Origin: Phycisphaerae bacterium
GTDB lineage: Bacteria > Planctomycetota > Phycisphaerae > UBA1845 > Fen-1342
Reading direction: 5' to 3'
DNA: 64,000 nucleotides
Assembly: GCA_963666925.2 (NCBI GenBank)
Contig: CAXXTC010000007.1
Location: 192,001 to 256,000 of the forward strand
This document shows positions 18,618-29,350 of this stretch, one piece after another (position 1 is the first letter of the stretch; the number at the start of each line of letters is the position of its first letter). A program made the translations under genes and the position numbers. A model generated the notes under the pieces. It was not told the origin of the DNA and searched no databases. It saw only the letters and a list, made by a program, of their open reading frames with translations.

Positions 18618-20555
18618 ATGAACATGCGAATTGGGATCGGGCTGAGGTTGTCCATCGTGGCAACGCTTGGAATCACGCTGGGGTCGGCTGCTGCTACTGC
18701 CGACATCCTCAACGTGCCGGCGGATTACGCCACCATACAGGTCGCAATAGACGCCGCCGTCGACGGCGACATCGTTGAAATCGCCGACGGCATCTACTCC
18801 GGCCAGGGTAACAACCACACCAGCTTCCTCGGCAAGGCCATCACCGTTCGCAGTGCCAGCGGCGATCCGAACGCCTGTGTTATCGACTGCACCGCCGGCG
18901 CCGGCCTGTGGATCGAGAACAATGAGACGGCCGCCTCGGTCATCACCGGCGTGAAGATCATCTCCGGCGGCATCCACATCGACGGGGCCCACCCGACCAT
19001 CACCAACTGCATCGTCGGCGAGGATTTCGACGGTGCCGGCATCCGCTGCTACAACAGCAGGGCCACCATCACCGATTGCACCCTCACTGAAAACTACACC
19101 ACCTACGGTGCTATCTACTGTCAGGAGAGCAGCCCGGTCATCACCGATTGCATCATCACCGGCAACGTGATGCACAACGACGGCGGCGGTATCTACTGCT
19201 ACAGAAGCAGCCATCCTCTCATCACCAACTGCACCATCACCAACAACACTGCCAGCAACGGCGGCGGCGTCGCTTGCAGCCAGGACAGCCACCCCACCCT
19301 CGTCAACTGCACTATCGACTCCAACACCGCAACCCGCTTCGGCGGCGGGCTCTACTCCGCCCACGACGCCGAGCCCACCCTCATCAATTGCTCCATCGAC
19401 AACAACACCGCCGATCGCAGCGGCGGCGGCGTGTGCTGCGAAGAGTACGGTAACGCGACCATCACAGATTGCACGATCAGATGCAATTACGCCACCGAGC
19501 ACGGCGGTGGCTTCTACTGTGTTACCGCCAGCGATCCCACCATCTCCGATACGCGCATCGAAGATAACGGCGCCGACGGCGACGGCGGCGGCGTTTATTC
19601 CTTCGACTACAGCAGCCCCAGCTTCAGCGACTGCACCATCCGCCTTAACGAGGCCGGCGATCAGGGTGGCGGCGTCTCCTGTGCTGAGCACGGCATCCCC
19701 CTCTTCGCCCACTGCGATATCAGCGCCAATACCGCAACCAACGACGCCGGCGGTATCTACACCCGCGGCCAGTGCGACCCCATCTTCAGCAATTGCACCA
19801 TCCGCGGAAATACCTGCGAGAATGGCAAGGGCGGCGGCATCTACTGCTTCATCAGCGACGCCCGCCTCACCGACTGCCTGATCACCGGCAACGCCGCCGG
19901 GGAGGCCGGCGGGGCCGCCTATGTACGCTACGTGTGCATCCCGAGATTCAATCGCTGCACGTTCGCACACAACGCCGGCACCGGTGCCTTCTGCTGCTCA
20001 CAGAGCACGCCTCGTCTGACGAATTGTGTTATCTGGTCCGGCGGGGTGCCGGAGCTCAGCGTTCACAGCTCCGGTACACCCATCGTCGAGTACTGCACCA
20101 TTCAGGGCGGCTGGGACGGGCCCGGCAACAGCTCCGCCGACCCTCTCTTCATGGACCCCGACGGGCCCGATAACGACCCCTCCTCCTGGGAGGATAACGA
20201 TTTCCGCCTCACCGCAAACTCACCCTGTGTCGATGCCGGCGATCCCGCATCACTCCCCGACCCCGGAACGCTCGACCTCGATGCCCACCTCCGCCTCTGG
20301 GACGGCGACGACGACGGTATCGCCATCGTCGACATGGGAGCTTACGAGTTCAACTCCACCGTCTACGGCGACACCAATTGCGATGGCTTCATCACCTTCG
20401 ATGATATCAGCCCGTTCGTAACCGCTGTTCTCGGCCCGGACGAATACGAAGCCGCCTATCCACACTGCAACTGGTTCACCGCCGACTGCGACCACAACGA
20501 CACGGTCAACTTCGAGGACATCAACCCCTTCGTGGAACTCCTCGCGTCCGAATAA
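18618..20555 (+). CDS. Secreted right-handed parallel beta-helix protein with C-terminal dockerin-like domain
   Basis: GGAGG RBS; signal peptide; 'VPADYATIQ.AID' start; about 13 repeats of 'P.(I/F)..C.I..N.A...GGG(I/V).C'; 'DFRL...SPCVDAG...D.D..LR...VDMGAYE'; dockerin-like tail from about 20367. Confidence 0.85.
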   Translation: MNMRIGIGLRLSIVATLGITLGSAAATADILNVPADYATIQVAIDAAVDGDIVEIADGIYSGQGNNHTSFLGKAITVRSASGDPNACVIDCTAGAGLWIENNETAASVITGVKIISGGIHIDGAHPTITNCIVGEDFDGAGIRCYNSRATITDCTLTENYTTYGAIYCQESSPVITDCIITGNVMHNDGGGIYCYRSSHPLITNCTITNNTASNGGGVACSQDSHPTLVNCTIDSNTATRFGGGLYSAHDAEPTLINCSIDNNTADRSGGGVCCEEYGNATITDCTIRCNYATEHGGGFYCVTASDPTISDTRIEDNGADGDGGGVYSFDYSSPSFSDCTIRLNEAGDQGGGVSCAEHGIPLFAHCDISANTATNDAGGIYTRGQCDPIFSNCTIRGNTCENGKGGGIYCFISDARLTDCLITGNAAGEAGGAAYVRYVCIPRFNRCTFAHNAGTGAFCCSQSTPRLTNCVIWSGGVPELSVHSSGTPIVEYCTIQGGWDGPGNSSADPLFMDPDGPDNDPSSWEDNDFRLTANSPCVDAGDPASLPDPGTLDLDAHLRLWDGDDDGIAIVDMGAYEFNSTVYGDTNCDGFITFDDISPFVTAVLGPDEYEAAYPHCNWFTADCDHNDTVNFEDINPFVELLASE

Positions 20556-21091
20556 CCGCCGTGCTGCCGAATGGCCACCCATGTCTCAATCTCCCCTCCC
20601 CTGACACGGGGGAGGGGAGTGAGGGAAAGGGGATCAGCTCGCGCAGCGCGAGGTCAATGACCGCGGCCATCGCCAGGAACCGTACACCATTGCCACCCCG
20701 GCTACGCCGTATAACCCTCGGTTCTTATCCTCCCGATTATCGGTCCTGCATATTTTCCCCCTGACAGAAACCGCCAATCTCCGCCAGCCAGCGACAGATT
20801 CCGACAGTAATCGCCAACCCTCTTTTCTCTGTCCCGCCGCCCTATATTTGTGCTATTATATCACTGTTCGACTGGGACGAGATCGGCCAACAGGTGCCAA
20901 CGTCCGGTCACTGTAAGTTAGTAAGCGCTTGGGATGGTCACAATCAACCTGTTCGTCGGATATTGACGACTTATGCTTTGGTCGCGCCGATTCCGCGCCG
21001 TGATGGACGCTATATCTTCAGATAAAAACCGCCGCCATGTATAGACGGCATAGTCTGTGTTCCCGCTTGACTTTGAAAAAGGAGCGTTTCA

Positions 21092-24000
21092 ATGAGATCG
21101 AGGTTCGCTTTTGCAATGGCAGCGGCCCTGCTGTTGGCCACAGGATGGGCTCATGCCGATACTTGGGCCACGACCGATTCAAACGGTGATGTAGTTATCA
21201 CCCAGTCCGACGCCCAGGTTCCGTCGGTCGTCGTCGAGTATTCCGATCTTACCGGGCTACGCGTCGACGTTACGACCACGGGCCTCACCATCAAGACGCA
21301 TGAGAACAAACTCGGACGGTTCACCGAGATCGGTTGGCCCCAGGCCCCAACCGCCGGCGACATCGGCGCTCCCGCCCTCCCGGTCGTTCGGCGTCTGGTT
21401 GCCATCCCCGCCGGCGCTACCGCCGATGTGTTTTGCCACCTCGGCGACGCCGTCGTCATGGATGCCAAGACCTTTGGCCAGGGCTTCATGCTCTATCCGG
21501 TCCAGCCGCCTGTCGAGAAGATCCCCGGCGCAATCGAAAACGCCGAGTTCGTCATCGACAAGTACGCCTATGACCAGGACGCGTTCTTCTGCGAGCAGCC
21601 CGCCGTCCTCGATGAGCTCGGCTCGGCCCGCGGCCAGCGACTCGCCGTCCTCGAGATCCACCCCGTCAGCTACAATCCCACCACCGGCGTCGTTCAATAC
21701 TACCCCAACATGAACGTCGCGGTCCGCTTCACGGGCAGCTCTATCCCCCGTGACGCCCTCAGGCCGCTGCCTGGTATCCGTGGCACCGTCCTCAACCCCG
21801 AGGTCGTCCCGACCGTGTCGATGCGCGGCTCCGGCGATTACCTGATCGTTACCGCTGAGGACTTCGCCAGCGACATCGCCGCCTTCGCCACCGCCAAGGC
21901 TGCCCAGGGATACACGGTTTCTACATACACCGTGCCGTCGGGAAGTTCCGCTACCGCCATCCGTAACTACATCATCAGTCAGGTTCCCGATTACGTCCTG
22001 CTCGTCGGCGACACCGACACCATCCCGAGTTTCACCGGGGTTGGCGAGGGCTCACCCGACACCGACCTCAACTACTCCATGCTGGACAGCGGTGACTATC
22101 TCCCCGATCTCGCCCTCGGGCGGTTCTCGGCGCGTGACGCGACCACTCTCCAGGCCATTATCGACAAGACGCTCGCCTACGAGAACGGTCCGCTTAGCGA
22201 TCCGGATTACCTCAAGCGCGCCGTCTTCATGGCCTCTGAGGACAACTACGACATTACTGAAGGTACCCATAACTACGTAATCGACACGTGGCTCGAACCA
22301 AACGAGTACACCTGCGACAAGCTTTACTCCCATACGTACAATGCCACCGCCGAGCAGGTGCGGACGGCTTTCAACGACGGCCGCTTCTACGGCATCTTCA
22401 GTGGTCACGGCGCTTCCACCTACTGGGCCGATGGCCCCGAGTTCCACGAGGAAGATGTCGAGGCCTTGACCAACATGGGCATGTATTCACTGATTTGCAG
22501 TTTCTCCTGCAGCACCGGTGATTATGCCTACCTCGACGAGTGCTTCATGGAGACCTGGATTCGTTCGGCCGGCAACGCCGCCTGCTCCGCCTGGGGTTCC
22601 TCGGTTAGCAGCTACTGGACCGAAGACGACATCCTCGAACGCGTCCTCTTCGACGCCATCTTCGATGACACCGACGACGTCGTCTCCGAAATCGGCCCGC
22701 TCTACAACGAGTCCAAGGTGCGCTTCATTGCTCACTTCGGCGATGACAGTACTACACGCCGGTACTTCGAGATGTACAACCTGATGGGCGATCCGGCCCT
22801 GTCGTTGCCCGGTGCCTGCTCCGATGCCGGTACCGTCCAGCTCGACGGTGCCAAGTACGCTTGCGAAGACCAGGTGCTCGTGCGCGTCGTCGATTGCGGG
22901 CTCAACCTCGACGACAACGTCGCCGAGACCGTCGAAGTTGCCGTGGACTCCGAATCCGAAGTCGGCGTCGAGACCGCGCTCCTGACGGAGACCACGCCGA
23001 ACTCGGCCACCTTCGAAGGTGTCAAGTTCATCAGCACGACTGATGCTCCCGGCGTCCTGCTGGTCGCCGAAGGCAACAAGGTTGCAGTTACCTACATCGA
23101 TGCTGACGATGGCCAGGGTGGCACCGACGTAGAGGTCTACGCGACCGCCGACGTCGATTGCACCCCGCCCACGATCAGCAACGTTCAGGTTCTCGAGGTC
23201 GAGCCCCGCGATGCCACCATCGGTTTCGATACCGACGAAGTGGCTCAGGGTGTCGTCTGGTACGGTCTGAGCTGTGACGCACTGGACAACAGTGCCATGG
23301 GCGGCTTCTCCGCCACCCCGACCGTGGCCATTACTGGTCTCCAGGACAACATGACCTACTTCTTCATGGTCGAAGCGGTTGATGAGGCCGGCAACGTCTG
23401 CACTGATCCGCAGTGCTACATGTTCACCACGCCGGAGGTGCCGGACTTCTTCACCGAGCTGTTCGAGACTGACTTTGACTTGGCCGGCCTGAGCCTGATG
23501 TTCGTGCCGGGCAATCCGACCGACTTCTACACCGGCTGCGTTGTCGGTGAGATCACCAGCCTGCCGACCGATCCGGCCGGCGGCACCACCGTCTCGCTGG
23601 GTGATGATGCCAGCACGGAAGTCTCCATTACCGGCGGCAACACCGTGTCCCTCTATGGTGTCAGCTACAGCAGTTTCTACATTTGCAGCAACGGCTACAT
23701 CACCTTCGGCACCTCGGACACGACCTACTCCGAGACGCTCGAAGACCACTTCAGCCTGCCGCGGATCGCGGGTATCTTTGATGACTTCAACCCCAGCAGC
23801 GGCGGCACGGTCAGCTATGAGCAATTGGCCGACCGCATGGTGGTTACGTGGGACGGCATCCCCGAGTACAGCGAAAGCAACAGCAGCACCTTCCAGGTGG
23901 AGATGTACTTCGACGGCACGATTGTGTTGAGTTACCTGGACGTCGCGGTTGTGGACGGCCTGGTCGGTCTGTCTGAAGGCGAAGGCCTGGATCCGGACTA

Positions 24001-25081
24001 CTTCGAGTCGGATCTGTCGAACATGCCGAGTTGTGGTCCGCGGCCGCCGTACGCGGCGGGCGATGAAGTCCTCACCGACGTCAACGAGCCGGTCGACATC
24101 GAGCTGCTGGCCAGCGACGACGGTCTGCCCGATCCGCCAGCGGCGCTGACTTACACGATCGTGTCGTTGCCGGAGCACGGCGACCTGAGCGATCCGGACG
24201 GCGGCGTGATTGACGCGGTGCCGTACACGCTGATTGCCGGGAACATGGTGAATTACGCCCCGGATTACGCTTACACCGGCCCGGATGCGTTTACGTTCAT
24301 GGTCAACGACGGCGGCACCCCGCCGGACGGCGGCGACTCGAACGTGGCGACGATCAGCATCACGGTTGGTGGCCCGCAGCCGGTACACGTCTTCATGCTG
24401 GACGAGGATCCGGACTGGAGCGTCGAAGGCGAGTGGGCCTTTGGTGTTCCGACCGGCGGCGGCTCACACAACTACGATCCGACCAGTGGTTACACCGGCG
24501 ACAATGTCTACGGTTACAACCTGGCCGGTGACTATGAGAATGAGATTCCGGAATACGCGTTGACGACGACTGCCATTGACTGTAGCGACATGACCGGCGT
24601 CGAGCTGCGTTTCTGGCGTTGGTTGGGTGTCGAGTCGGCGACGTGGGATCACGCCAACGTGCAGGTGTCCAATGACGGGACGACCTGGACGATGGTGTGG
24701 GAGCACACGGACAGCTCGATCAGTGACACGTCGTGGTCGCAGCAGGTGTTCGACATCTCAGGTGTTGCGGACAACGCAGCGACCGTATACGTGCGCTGGG
24801 TCATGGGCGAGACGGACACGTCGGTGACGTATCCGGGCTGGAACATTGATGACATTGAGCTGTGGGGTGTGGTTCCGTTCGAGGTTGCCACGGGCGACCT
24901 GAACTGCGACGGCTACGTCAACTTCGATGACATCAATCCGTTCGTGACGGCGATGGTTGGCCAGGCGGAGTACGAGGCAGCCTATCCGGACTGCAACTGG
25001 CTGAACGGTGATACTGACGCCAACGGTACGGTGAACTTCGACGACATCGACGGCTTCGTCGAGTTGCTGGCCGGCAAGTAG
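21092..25081 (+). CDS. Gingipain-like peptidase C25 (propeptide, catalytic domain, FN3/Ig-like, MAM-like and dockerin-like domains)
   Basis: AAGGAG RBS; signal peptide; propeptide 'G.P.LPV.RRLVAIP'; 'YVLLVGD', 'DYLPDLALGRFS', catalytic 'SGHG' and 'SCSTG', 'YNLMGDP'; dockerin-like tail from about 24893. Confidence 0.88.
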   Translation: MRSRFAFAMAAALLLATGWAHADTWATTDSNGDVVITQSDAQVPSVVVEYSDLTGLRVDVTTTGLTIKTHENKLGRFTEIGWPQAPTAGDIGAPALPVVRRLVAIPAGATADVFCHLGDAVVMDAKTFGQGFMLYPVQPPVEKIPGAIENAEFVIDKYAYDQDAFFCEQPAVLDELGSARGQRLAVLEIHPVSYNPTTGVVQYYPNMNVAVRFTGSSIPRDALRPLPGIRGTVLNPEVVPTVSMRGSGDYLIVTAEDFASDIAAFATAKAAQGYTVSTYTVPSGSSATAIRNYIISQVPDYVLLVGDTDTIPSFTGVGEGSPDTDLNYSMLDSGDYLPDLALGRFSARDATTLQAIIDKTLAYENGPLSDPDYLKRAVFMASEDNYDITEGTHNYVIDTWLEPNEYTCDKLYSHTYNATAEQVRTAFNDGRFYGIFSGHGASTYWADGPEFHEEDVEALTNMGMYSLICSFSCSTGDYAYLDECFMETWIRSAGNAACSAWGSSVSSYWTEDDILERVLFDAIFDDTDDVVSEIGPLYNESKVRFIAHFGDDSTTRRYFEMYNLMGDPALSLPGACSDAGTVQLDGAKYACEDQVLVRVVDCGLNLDDNVAETVEVAVDSESEVGVETALLTETTPNSATFEGVKFISTTDAPGVLLVAEGNKVAVTYIDADDGQGGTDVEVYATADVDCTPPTISNVQVLEVEPRDATIGFDTDEVAQGVVWYGLSCDALDNSAMGGFSATPTVAITGLQDNMTYFFMVEAVDEAGNVCTDPQCYMFTTPEVPDFFTELFETDFDLAGLSLMFVPGNPTDFYTGCVVGEITSLPTDPAGGTTVSLGDDASTEVSITGGNTVSLYGVSYSSFYICSNGYITFGTSDTTYSETLEDHFSLPRIAGIFDDFNPSSGGTVSYEQLADRMVVTWDGIPEYSESNSSTFQVEMYFDGTIVLSYLDVAVVDGLVGLSEGEGLDPDYFESDLSNMPSCGPRPPYAAGDEVLTDVNEPVDIELLASDDGLPDPPAALTYTIVSLPEHGDLSDPDGGVIDAVPYTLIAGNMVNYAPDYAYTGPDAFTFMVNDGGTPPDGGDSNVATISITVGGPQPVHVFMLDEDPDWSVEGEWAFGVPTGGGSHNYDPTSGYTGDNVYGYNLAGDYENEIPEYALTTTAIDCSDMTGVELRFWRWLGVESATWDHANVQVSNDGTTWTMVWEHTDSSISDTSWSQQVFDISGVADNAATVYVRWVMGETDTSVTYPGWNIDDIELWGVVPFEVATGDLNCDGYVNFDDINPFVTAMVGQAEYEAAYPDCNWLNGDTDANGTVNFDDIDGFVELLAGK

Positions 25082-25134
25082 TCATTGACGTTCGCACGCT
25101 GACGGGCTATGGCCCGTGAGCGTGAAGACCAAAC

Positions 25135-25177
25135 GAGCCCGCGCTTCGGGATGAACTGACCCGGGGCGCGGGCTTTC
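25135..25177 (+). terminator. Probable intrinsic terminator after the gingipain-like gene
   Basis: GAGCCCGCGCTTCGGG...CCCGGGGCGCGGGCTT hairpin followed by a short T run. Confidence 0.5.
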
Positions 25178-25317
25178 GTATTGCGCGGGAGTGCGGGCAG
25201 GGGAGTGGTGCATGGGTTCACCGCGGGGGCGTGGGGCTGGTTCCAAACTTCGCGTGGGATTGGAAGTGCCAAATGGGTTCGGTGCGGTTATGCTGCTGTT
25301 GGAGTGAATCGGTGCAT

Positions 25318-25524
25318 ATGGTAGTTGGCCCCGCCACATTCACGGTTTTGCTAGTTGTCGGTCTGATGCTGATCGCCGGTGCTTTGGTGCTGGCGTCGGG
25401 GCGCAAGGCCGGCGGGCGGCGTATCGGCCCAGCCCGCTGCTCTCGTTGCCAGCATCGTAACCGGAGGAGCGCACGTTTTTGTGCTCGTTGCGGCGAAAGC
25501 CTGGATGTTGGGCGGCGCGGCTAG
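25318..25524 (+). CDS. Small membrane-anchored zinc-ribbon protein
   Basis: One TM segment followed by 'CSRC.H.N...ARFCARCG'. Confidence 0.6.
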   Translation: MVVGPATFTVLLVVGLMLIAGALVLASGRKAGGRRIGPARCSRCQHRNRRSARFCARCGESLDVGRRG

Positions 25525-25680
25525 GGCAGTTTCACTTTCTGTGCGTTGCCGAGGCCGGTGTCGCCGATGCCTGAGGATGTACTGCTCAAGAGCAGGCCGC
25601 ATGTACTTCGTACACCATCCAGGTATGAAAGCTGAGCCGGTTTCATAGCCGTGGCATTGGGGTTCGTTGCCGGCATGACT

Positions 25681-25726
25681 CACCGGTTAAAAACCGGTGC
25701 CACAGGTATTCGAAACCTGTGCCACA
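25681..25726 (-). repeat. Two tandem REP-like GTGG-palindromes
   Basis: On the minus strand GTGGCACAGGTTTCGAATACCTGTG overlaps GTGGCACCGGTTTTTAACCGGTG; related to the copies at 41764 and 58231. Confidence 0.6.
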
Positions 25727-25765
25727 ATCTCGTGACCCGGGCCGGTTTTAGCAGATGAAGGGAGA

Positions 25766-27355
25766 ATGACCATGGCAGTTATCCCGCCGCCCCCGGAAGA
25801 GTGGGGGCCGTTCAAGAGGCTGAGAGTGTCTGGACGGGGTCGTGTTTCGGCGTTGATGCTGGGCGTGGGGGGTGTGCTGGCGGTGGTTGTGCTGGCGTTC
25901 TGCTACGTGTGGTTCGTTATGCGTGTTGAGGTTCGTGCGGGCGAAGTTCTGGTGCTGGTTCGCAAGGTTGGCGAGCAGTTGCCGGGATCGGTGGACACGC
26001 AGACCGTATTATACCCAGCGCTGCTGGACTCGTTGAACGAGCCGGCCGATTCGTGCCGCTACAAGGGCATCATGTACGACGTGTTGTCGGAGGGGCGTTA
26101 CTTTTACGACCCGTTTCTCTGGGAACGGAGAACATTTCCGTCAGTGATCATTGGCCAGGATGAGGTTGGGTTGCTGGTGCGCAAGTATGGCCAGCCGTTG
26201 CCTCCGGGCAAGATCGTGGCGACGGGGCCGGAGGAGCGCGGTCCGCTGGCCGAGGTGCTGATGCCGGGGCGTTACAACATCAACCCGTATGCGTATGACC
26301 TGCGGCGGGTGGTGCCGGAGGAGGTTCCGGCCGGCTTCGTGGGTGTGCAGCGTTTGTACCATGGCCATCCGGCGGCGGACCCGAACGGGTGGACGGTGGC
26401 GAGTGGCGAGATAGGTGTGCAGCCCGATGTGCTGCCGCCGGGGCGTTATTACAACAACCCGTATGCGCGTCAGATCAACCTGATCGATGTGCGCAGTCAC
26501 ACGCTGGATTTGCGTGACGAGGGTGCCATTCGATTTCCGTCGGCGGACAGTTTCGAGATTGTGCTGGAAGCGACGGTTGAGTATGCGATTCGGCAGGACA
26601 TGGCGCCGTACGTGATGGTGGCGATCGGCGATCATTCGGACATCGAGGACAAGCTGATTCTGCCTTATGCGCGGTCGCTTTCTCGTATCGAGGGGTCGAA
26701 GCTGCTGGCGCGTGAATTTATCAGCGGCGAGACGCGGCAGGCGTTTCAGAACGCGTTTTTCCAGGGTTTGCGTGACCAGTGTGCGGCGCAGGGGATCGAG
26801 ATCAAGGCGACGCCGATTCGGCGGATCGAGCCGCCGGCCGCGATTGCCAACCCGATCTCGGATCGCCAAATCGCGGATCAGCGGATCAAGCAATACGAAA
26901 ACGAGATCAAGCTAGCGGAATCGCAGGCGAAGCTGGTTGAGCAGGAGGAGATGCAGCAGCAGCAGCAGGCGATCGGTCTGGCGCAGGTGGGGGTGGTGGG
27001 GGAGGTTACCGATGCGGACAAGCGCAAGGCGGTGGCGTTGCTGGAGGCCCAGCAGGAGTTGGAAGTGGCCAAGCTGCACCTGAAGGAGGCGGAGGAGCGG
27101 TCGGCGGCGATCTTGTCGCGTGGCCAGGCGGAGGCGGAGGTGTTGTTGTTGAAGTACCAGGCCGAGGCTGAGCCGCTGCGTTCGGCGGTGGCAGCGTTTG
27201 GTGGTGGGGATACGTATGCGCAGCACTTCTTTTACCAGAAGCTTGGGCCGGCGTTGAAGTCGATCCTGGCGAGTACAGACGGCCCGCTGGCGGATGTATT
27301 CCGCGCGTTGGGCAATCCTGTGCAGGCCCCGGCTACGGAAGGAGGTGCCGAATGA
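25766..27355 (+). CDS. SPFH/band-7 family membrane protein with three N-terminal repeats and a C-terminal coiled coil
   Basis: N-terminal TM; 3x 'G....VL..GRY..(N/D)P'; 'FPSADSFEIVLEATVEY'; Ala/Glu/Gln-rich coiled coil. Confidence 0.85.
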   Translation: MTMAVIPPPPEEWGPFKRLRVSGRGRVSALMLGVGGVLAVVVLAFCYVWFVMRVEVRAGEVLVLVRKVGEQLPGSVDTQTVLYPALLDSLNEPADSCRYKGIMYDVLSEGRYFYDPFLWERRTFPSVIIGQDEVGLLVRKYGQPLPPGKIVATGPEERGPLAEVLMPGRYNINPYAYDLRRVVPEEVPAGFVGVQRLYHGHPAADPNGWTVASGEIGVQPDVLPPGRYYNNPYARQINLIDVRSHTLDLRDEGAIRFPSADSFEIVLEATVEYAIRQDMAPYVMVAIGDHSDIEDKLILPYARSLSRIEGSKLLAREFISGETRQAFQNAFFQGLRDQCAAQGIEIKATPIRRIEPPAAIANPISDRQIADQRIKQYENEIKLAESQAKLVEQEEMQQQQQAIGLAQVGVVGEVTDADKRKAVALLEAQQELEVAKLHLKEAEERSAAILSRGQAEAEVLLLKYQAEAEPLRSAVAAFGGGDTYAQHFFYQKLGPALKSILASTDGPLADVFRALGNPVQAPATEGGAE

Positions 27356-29010
27356 TCAAGCGTGTTGTTGTCATCGCGATTGGCGGCGTGCTGATAGTTG
27401 GGGCTTCGGTGCTGGCGTTTGCGTGGACGGCTTGCCGGGTGTATGTGGGGCCTGACCAGTGCCTGGTGCGGATCCGCCGGACGGGTGAGCGGTTGCTGCC
27501 GGGGCAGAAGATTGCCGAAGCTGGTCAGCGTGGTATCCAGCGTGATGCGTTGGGTCCGGGCCGTTATTTCCTGAACCCGTGGGTGTGGGAGTGGGAGGTT
27601 ACTCCGCTGGTGGAGATTTCGGCAGGCGATCCGTCTACCTGGCGTGAGGTGTGGGCGGCGGGTGACCCGGATTATGCGGTGCCCGAGCTGAAGGGCGATT
27701 GGCCGGAGGTCGGCATCGTCACGAGCCTGGCGGGCAAGAAGTGGGAAGAGGAATCGGAGGTGGTAAACGAGGGTTTCCAGGGTGTGCAGCGACTGGTGCT
27801 GACGCCCGGGACCTATCGGCTCAATCCGCGAGCATACAAGGTTGAGCGTGTGCCGGCGCATGTTGTGCCGCTGGGCTGCGTGGGGGTGGTGACGTCGTTG
27901 CTGGGCGATATGCCGGGCGTCGAGACGATCGAGGAGGCGAGCATTGGCCCGGATGGCGAGCCGATCACGCGTCCGCGCGTGGTTCAGAAGCTGGCCAGCG
28001 AGGGGCAGCGTGGCGTGTTGCGCGACGTGTTGCAGCCGGGGATCTACTATCTGAATCCGAAGGTCTACCGTGTGAAGAACGTGCAGATCGGGTTTAACCA
28101 GTTATCGCAACTTCGCACGGGCGACCTGGCGACCAGTATCTATTTTCCGTCGGAGGACGGCTTCACGATCCAGGTGGAGATCACGGTTGTGTGGGGGCGT
28201 CATCCGGCGCACACGCCGGAGATGATTAGCCGGCTGGGCGATATCGGCAAGATTCGCGAGATTATCCTCGGTCAGATGCGCAGCATCTGTCGCAACGTCG
28301 GGTCGCAGTATATCAGCACGGATTTCATCCAGGGCGATAAGCGTGAGCAGTATCAGCAGATGGTCACGGAGACGCTGCGGCGTGTCTGTCGCGAGCGCAA
28401 CATTGAATTGCTTATTGCGTTGATTCAGAACATCGAGGTTTCGGGCGGTACCGCGCCGACGGGCGAGGGAATGGACCTGAAGCAGACGATCCAGCGTGGT
28501 TATATTGCGCGCGAGGAGGATCTGACGCGTCAGAAGCAGCAGGAATCTGCCCGGGTGCGGGCGGACTTGGTGACGGCCGAGGCGCAGATCGAGGTTGCTC
28601 GCAAGCGGGTCAGCGCCGAGACGGAGAAGAAGGTTGCCGAGATTCATGCCGAGGGCAACAAGCAGGCGGCGGAGATCGATGCGCAGCGCGACTACGAGGT
28701 GGCGCAGGTTGAGCGGCAGATTGCCGAGCTGGAAGCTCAGCGGACGGTGACACTGGGGCGAGCGGAAGCTCAGGTTGAGAAGCTGTTGCAGCAGGCCGAC
28801 GCGGATGGTCGGCGTTTGCTGGTTGGTGCCTTTGGCAGCGGTCGGGCGTATAACCTGTACACGTTTGCGGAGGAGTTTTCGCCGGAGAGCATTCGGCTGA
28901 TCTTTGCCGGCGAGGGGACGTTCTGGACGGACCTGAAGCAGGCGCAGGAGGCGTCGTCGTTTGAGCTGTTGCGGGAGCAGAACCAGCCACCACCCGGCAA
29001 GCGTAAGTGA
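27352..29010 (+). CDS. Second SPFH/band-7 family membrane protein, paralog of the upstream gene
   Basis: ATGA overlap with the upstream gene; 3x 'G....(V/A)L.PG.Y.LNP'; 'FPSEDGFTIQVEITVVW'; coiled coil. Confidence 0.85.
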   Translation: MIKRVVVIAIGGVLIVGASVLAFAWTACRVYVGPDQCLVRIRRTGERLLPGQKIAEAGQRGIQRDALGPGRYFLNPWVWEWEVTPLVEISAGDPSTWREVWAAGDPDYAVPELKGDWPEVGIVTSLAGKKWEEESEVVNEGFQGVQRLVLTPGTYRLNPRAYKVERVPAHVVPLGCVGVVTSLLGDMPGVETIEEASIGPDGEPITRPRVVQKLASEGQRGVLRDVLQPGIYYLNPKVYRVKNVQIGFNQLSQLRTGDLATSIYFPSEDGFTIQVEITVVWGRHPAHTPEMISRLGDIGKIREIILGQMRSICRNVGSQYISTDFIQGDKREQYQQMVTETLRRVCRERNIELLIALIQNIEVSGGTAPTGEGMDLKQTIQRGYIAREEDLTRQKQQESARVRADLVTAEAQIEVARKRVSAETEKKVAEIHAEGNKQAAEIDAQRDYEVAQVERQIAELEAQRTVTLGRAEAQVEKLLQQADADGRRLLVGAFGSGRAYNLYTFAEEFSPESIRLIFAGEGTFWTDLKQAQEASSFELLREQNQPPPGKRK

Positions 29011-29350
29011 GCGTGGCGGCGGCGTGTTCGCCGGCCGATAACTGTGGTTGAACATGGCGCCGCCGATTTGATTTCGGCGGCGTCGTTATGGGCGGGGTGC
29101 GGTTCGCGGGGACGGTTGTGTGTTTTCGGACGTTCGGTCATGGTCCGATCACTGTTGGGCGGTAGCAGCTGGTCAACGTCCCTATTCGCGGGCGAACACG
29201 ATACATAATTGACATGGTGCGGTGGGCTGACTAGGTTGGAATGCGGCGTTGCACTGGCGGTCGCAGTCTCGGGAAGCTGTAGTGGCGCCGGTAGTATGCT
29301 GACAGGCCGCACCGGCAACGTTTATCAGGGCTTGATTAGGAGGTTCAGAG

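Noticed and set aside
18336..19970. 544-aa minus-strand ORF and similar ones (22487-24388, 51786-52442, 61546-62616, 62951-63865)
   Set aside because: Shadows of well-supported genes on the opposite strand.
20760..21090. AT-richer intergenic region as a riboswitch or ncRNA
   Set aside because: Compatible with an ordinary promoter region; I could not recognise a conserved RNA motif.
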